From the NCBI GenBank assembly GCA_000388065.2, contig KB932202.1: 63,156 nt of DNA. One strand, 5' to 3'. This stretch comes from Fonticula alba ATCC 38817 (taxonomy: Eukaryota; Protista; Nucleariida). The position numbers and the translations under genes are program-made. The notes below the pieces were generated by a model. It ran no database searches. It worked only from the letters and a program-made list of their open reading frames with translations, and was not told the origin of the DNA. Position 1 is the first letter of the stretch. Each line of letters begins with the position of its first letter. Below, piece by piece: positions 60,661-63,156 of the stretch.

Positions 60661-62041
60661 GTTTCTCTCCTTTACTCGGGGTCCAACCCGAGAGGCACCA
60701 GGGGGCGAGGCGTGTGAACGAGGAACACGCCACGTGTTTTTGTGTGTGTTGTGGTTGAGTTCTTGGGGTTGGGGGGGGCAAGGAAAGATCAGGGATCGGA
60801 GAAGACGCCATGAGGAGCCTGAGACGCTCAGCATCCTTGGGCGGGGGACGGGAAAAATACATGCACGGGGCAGATCCCTCTCGGCTGCTGGCCAGGGCCG
60901 GCGTCGGCGCCGGGCCGAGCCTGATGCTTTCTTCACGCGCACACGCGCAGCCCATACTCCCAGGGGCGGGGGAGGCGATCTGGCTCGGGGAGGTGCCCAG
61001 GGCGGGGCGCATGCGCCGGTCCACCACACACCGGACGGGGCAGCGTGGAGCCCGATCCTTGCCGCCCCCTCAGAGACACATTCGAACACGCAGGCGGGGC
61101 GGGCTTGTCCGAAGTGCCAACGAAGTGGGCGCAGGGGCGTTCCTTTGGACATCGGACCCCGTTCCCTCGAGAGTTGCCGGGCGCAAGGGAGCGACCGGAG
61201 GAGGCGAAGGAGGCGTAAAGCCGAGAGAGAGAGAGAAAGAGAAAAGCCCGCACTCACCCGCCGCCCTCCGGAGACCGGGCGAGTTCAGCGTCTCGCATGG
61301 GGAGGAGAAGATGATTGAGAAACAAATTGTATTGCGCGCAAGCCTCCCTCTCTCTCTGACACACAGAGAAAGAGGGCAGGAGAGGACGGAAGGTCTTGCA
61401 CATGGCAGACACGCACAGGCGACATCCGCCTCGCCCTTCCTCCTTCCCTCACACATTGGGGCCCTGGCCCTTTCCAACATTCGGGAAGGGGCGCGTGGGC
61501 ATGCACACATAGAAACTGGCTGGCGGAAAGACCAGGGCAAGGAGGGAGGGTGGAGGGGGGGGGGGGGGGGGGGGGATGAAAAACAAGGACATTCAGACGG
61601 AGGAGGAGGGGGCCGAGTGTGAGCGCGAGCCCGGGCGGGGAAATTGCCGCAGGGCCACGCACGCAGCCGGCCGAGCGGCGCGCGCCCTCCCGGAGGGTGG
61701 GGATTTTCCCCGTGCCATCACAAAAAGCAACGGCGATCCACACAACAGAAGGGATGAGAAGGGGGAGAGCAGAAAAGGACCGCGTCGAACCATACAGTGG
61801 AAGGACAAAGAGAGAAGGAGAGAGAGAGAGGGGGGGGGGAGGGGGAGGGAGAGAGGGAGAGGCGGGCGGGAGGCAGGGCGTGGCCGCCTCTGGAAGTGCC
61901 TGGCGGCGACGTGGTACACATCTAGCCGCACGCACACCGACACGCGGGCGCCCTGTGCCCTGCACAAGACCACATGAGCATGGCGATGTGCGCCCCGCCC
62001 CTGCGCCCCGCCCCTTTGTCGAGTGAACGGGACATGGTGCC

Positions 62042-63082
62042 CTAGGAGGCGGGGAAGATACTGCCCACGTCACGCGAGTCATCAGGCCCGAGATCCGTGT
62101 CGCTAAGGCGGCGGAAGCGATGGCCCAGCCGGGGACTGGCTGCGGGGGACTGCGCGGGCTGCTGCTGCTGCTGCTGCTGCTGCCCGGCGGCCTGCGAAGA
62201 GGCGGCCGATGTCGGGGTCATCGGAATGTCTTCGGGGACTTGGCTGTCGCCGGCGGGGGCCGCATCGTCGCTGTCCTCGGCCGGATCGAGGCTCGGCTGC
62301 GACTGCATGCTGAGGGAGGTCTGGGCGGTGATGGTGATCGACCCGTAGGACGGGTGGCTGACATAGGAGGGATGCTGGTGGAGGCTGGTCGGCTTGCTGC
62401 CGCCGGGCCCGTGGCCCGCCGCGCGACAAGACGCGCACAGGAGCTTGTTGTCCAGAACAGACTCGATGTCGGCGATGTACTGCCCGCAGGAACGGCACGA
62501 CCGCGACAGCAGGGAGTCGGTGATGGACGCGGAGAAGTCCAAGCCCGTGGCCGGGCCGCCGGCAGTCCCACCGGCGGCCACCAGGTCCCCATCAGCGGTG
62601 TTGATCCCGCCGACCGCCTGGGCCAGGGACCCATGGGCCGGCGAGGCGCCGGCGCCGCCATCAGGAGAGGGGGAGAATTCGTCCGAGGGGGACCCCTCGG
62701 CCGAGTGGGCGTTCAGCGGCTGCGTGAGATCGGCATTGCCAGCCTCACCGAGACGGCGCTCGCGCCACCAGAAGTACCCGCCCTCAACGAAGATGATGGC
62801 CGTCAGGAAGGTGGCAATCAGGAAGGGCATCCAGAGCATCGGCGGCGACACGGTACTGATGAAGTAGGCCGTGATGGCGGAGCCGATGCACTGGAGCAGG
62901 ACCATCGGCAGGGAGAGGGACCCGATGGACTTGAGCTTCCAGGTGGTGTAGATTTGCGGGCACCACTGGGTGAGCTGGCCGATGGCGGACCCCAGGACAA
63001 GGATGCTGCCGATGGTCTGGGCCGCGGGGCCATAGATGTCGAAGGCCCAGGCAAGGACGGCGACCGTGGTGAAAACTGCGAT
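62042..63082 (-). CDS. PQ-loop repeat membrane transporter (5' partial; last exon)
   Basis: An acceptor CAG precedes 63082. The exon encodes TM helices and the PQ motif QWCPQIYTTWKLKSIGSLSLPMVLLQ, followed by a long cytosolic tail with a dileucine-like DLTQPL, a CxxC pair and poly-Q. It ends in TAG at 62042. Confidence 0.88.
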   Translation of the reverse strand: MAVFTTVAVLAWAFDIYGPAAQTIGSILVLGSAIGQLTQWCPQIYTTWKLKSIGSLSLPMVLLQCIGSAITAYFISTVSPPMLWMPFLIATFLTAIIFVEGGYFWWRERRLGEAGNADLTQPLNAHSAEGSPSDEFSPSPDGGAGASPAHGSLAQAVGGINTADGDLVAAGGTAGGPATGLDFSASITDSLLSRSCRSCGQYIADIESVLDNKLLCASCRAAGHGPGGSKPTSLHQHPSYVSHPSYGSITITAQTSLSMQSQPSLDPAEDSDDAAPAGDSQVPEDIPMTPTSAASSQAAGQQQQQQQQPAQSPAASPRLGHRFRRLSDTDLGPDDSRDVGSIFPAS

Positions 63083-63156
63083 CTGCGTGTGGGGGAGAGG
63101 CAGATGGGGGCACATGTGAGTGGCGTGGCGGAGAGAAAAGGGGAGGGGAGGGGGGG

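Noticed and set aside
1-63156. Mobile elements, rRNA, snRNA/SRP genes or a functional gene cluster
   Set aside because: I recognised no transposase or RT motifs, terminal repeats or conserved RNA signatures by eye. Neighbouring genes are functionally unrelated apart from RPS12 and bystin, whose proximity is plausibly chance.

Overview
This is eukaryotic, very GC-rich and intron-containing DNA from a draft assembly. It has 11 N-gaps, most of them next to poly-C/poly-G or dinucleotide runs. The gene style resembles a unicellular opisthokont such as the nucleariid Fonticula alba; that is an inference from memory, not a database result. After splicing by eye I find 11 protein-coding genes: WDR1/AIP1 (5' partial), a Ser/Gly-rich RhoGAP, RPS12, a secreted M28 leucine aminopeptidase, bystin, an orphan type-I membrane protein, a large FG-GAP-like/furin-Cys-rich surface protein, PP2A B55, a KDM5/JARID1 demethylase, a ~1300-aa orphan, and a divergent MED27-like candidate. 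A twelfth, a PQ-loop transporter, is 5' partial at the window end, and there is one tRNA-Ala(AGC). I see no CRISPR array, rRNA or transposase. The strongest observation is genome-level: all 21 homology-anchored introns have a GTRY donor (15 with +4C, 6 with +4T, none with +4A), and introns are poly-C/(CA)n rich on the sense strand, which hints at an unusual 5' splice-site recognition system. Other leads are the integrin-alpha-like receptor without a kinase, the MED27-like protein lacking its Zn cysteines, a possible Tudor-like tail on KDM5, a C4 motif on the PQ-loop protein, and gap-edge duplications that are probably assembly artefacts.
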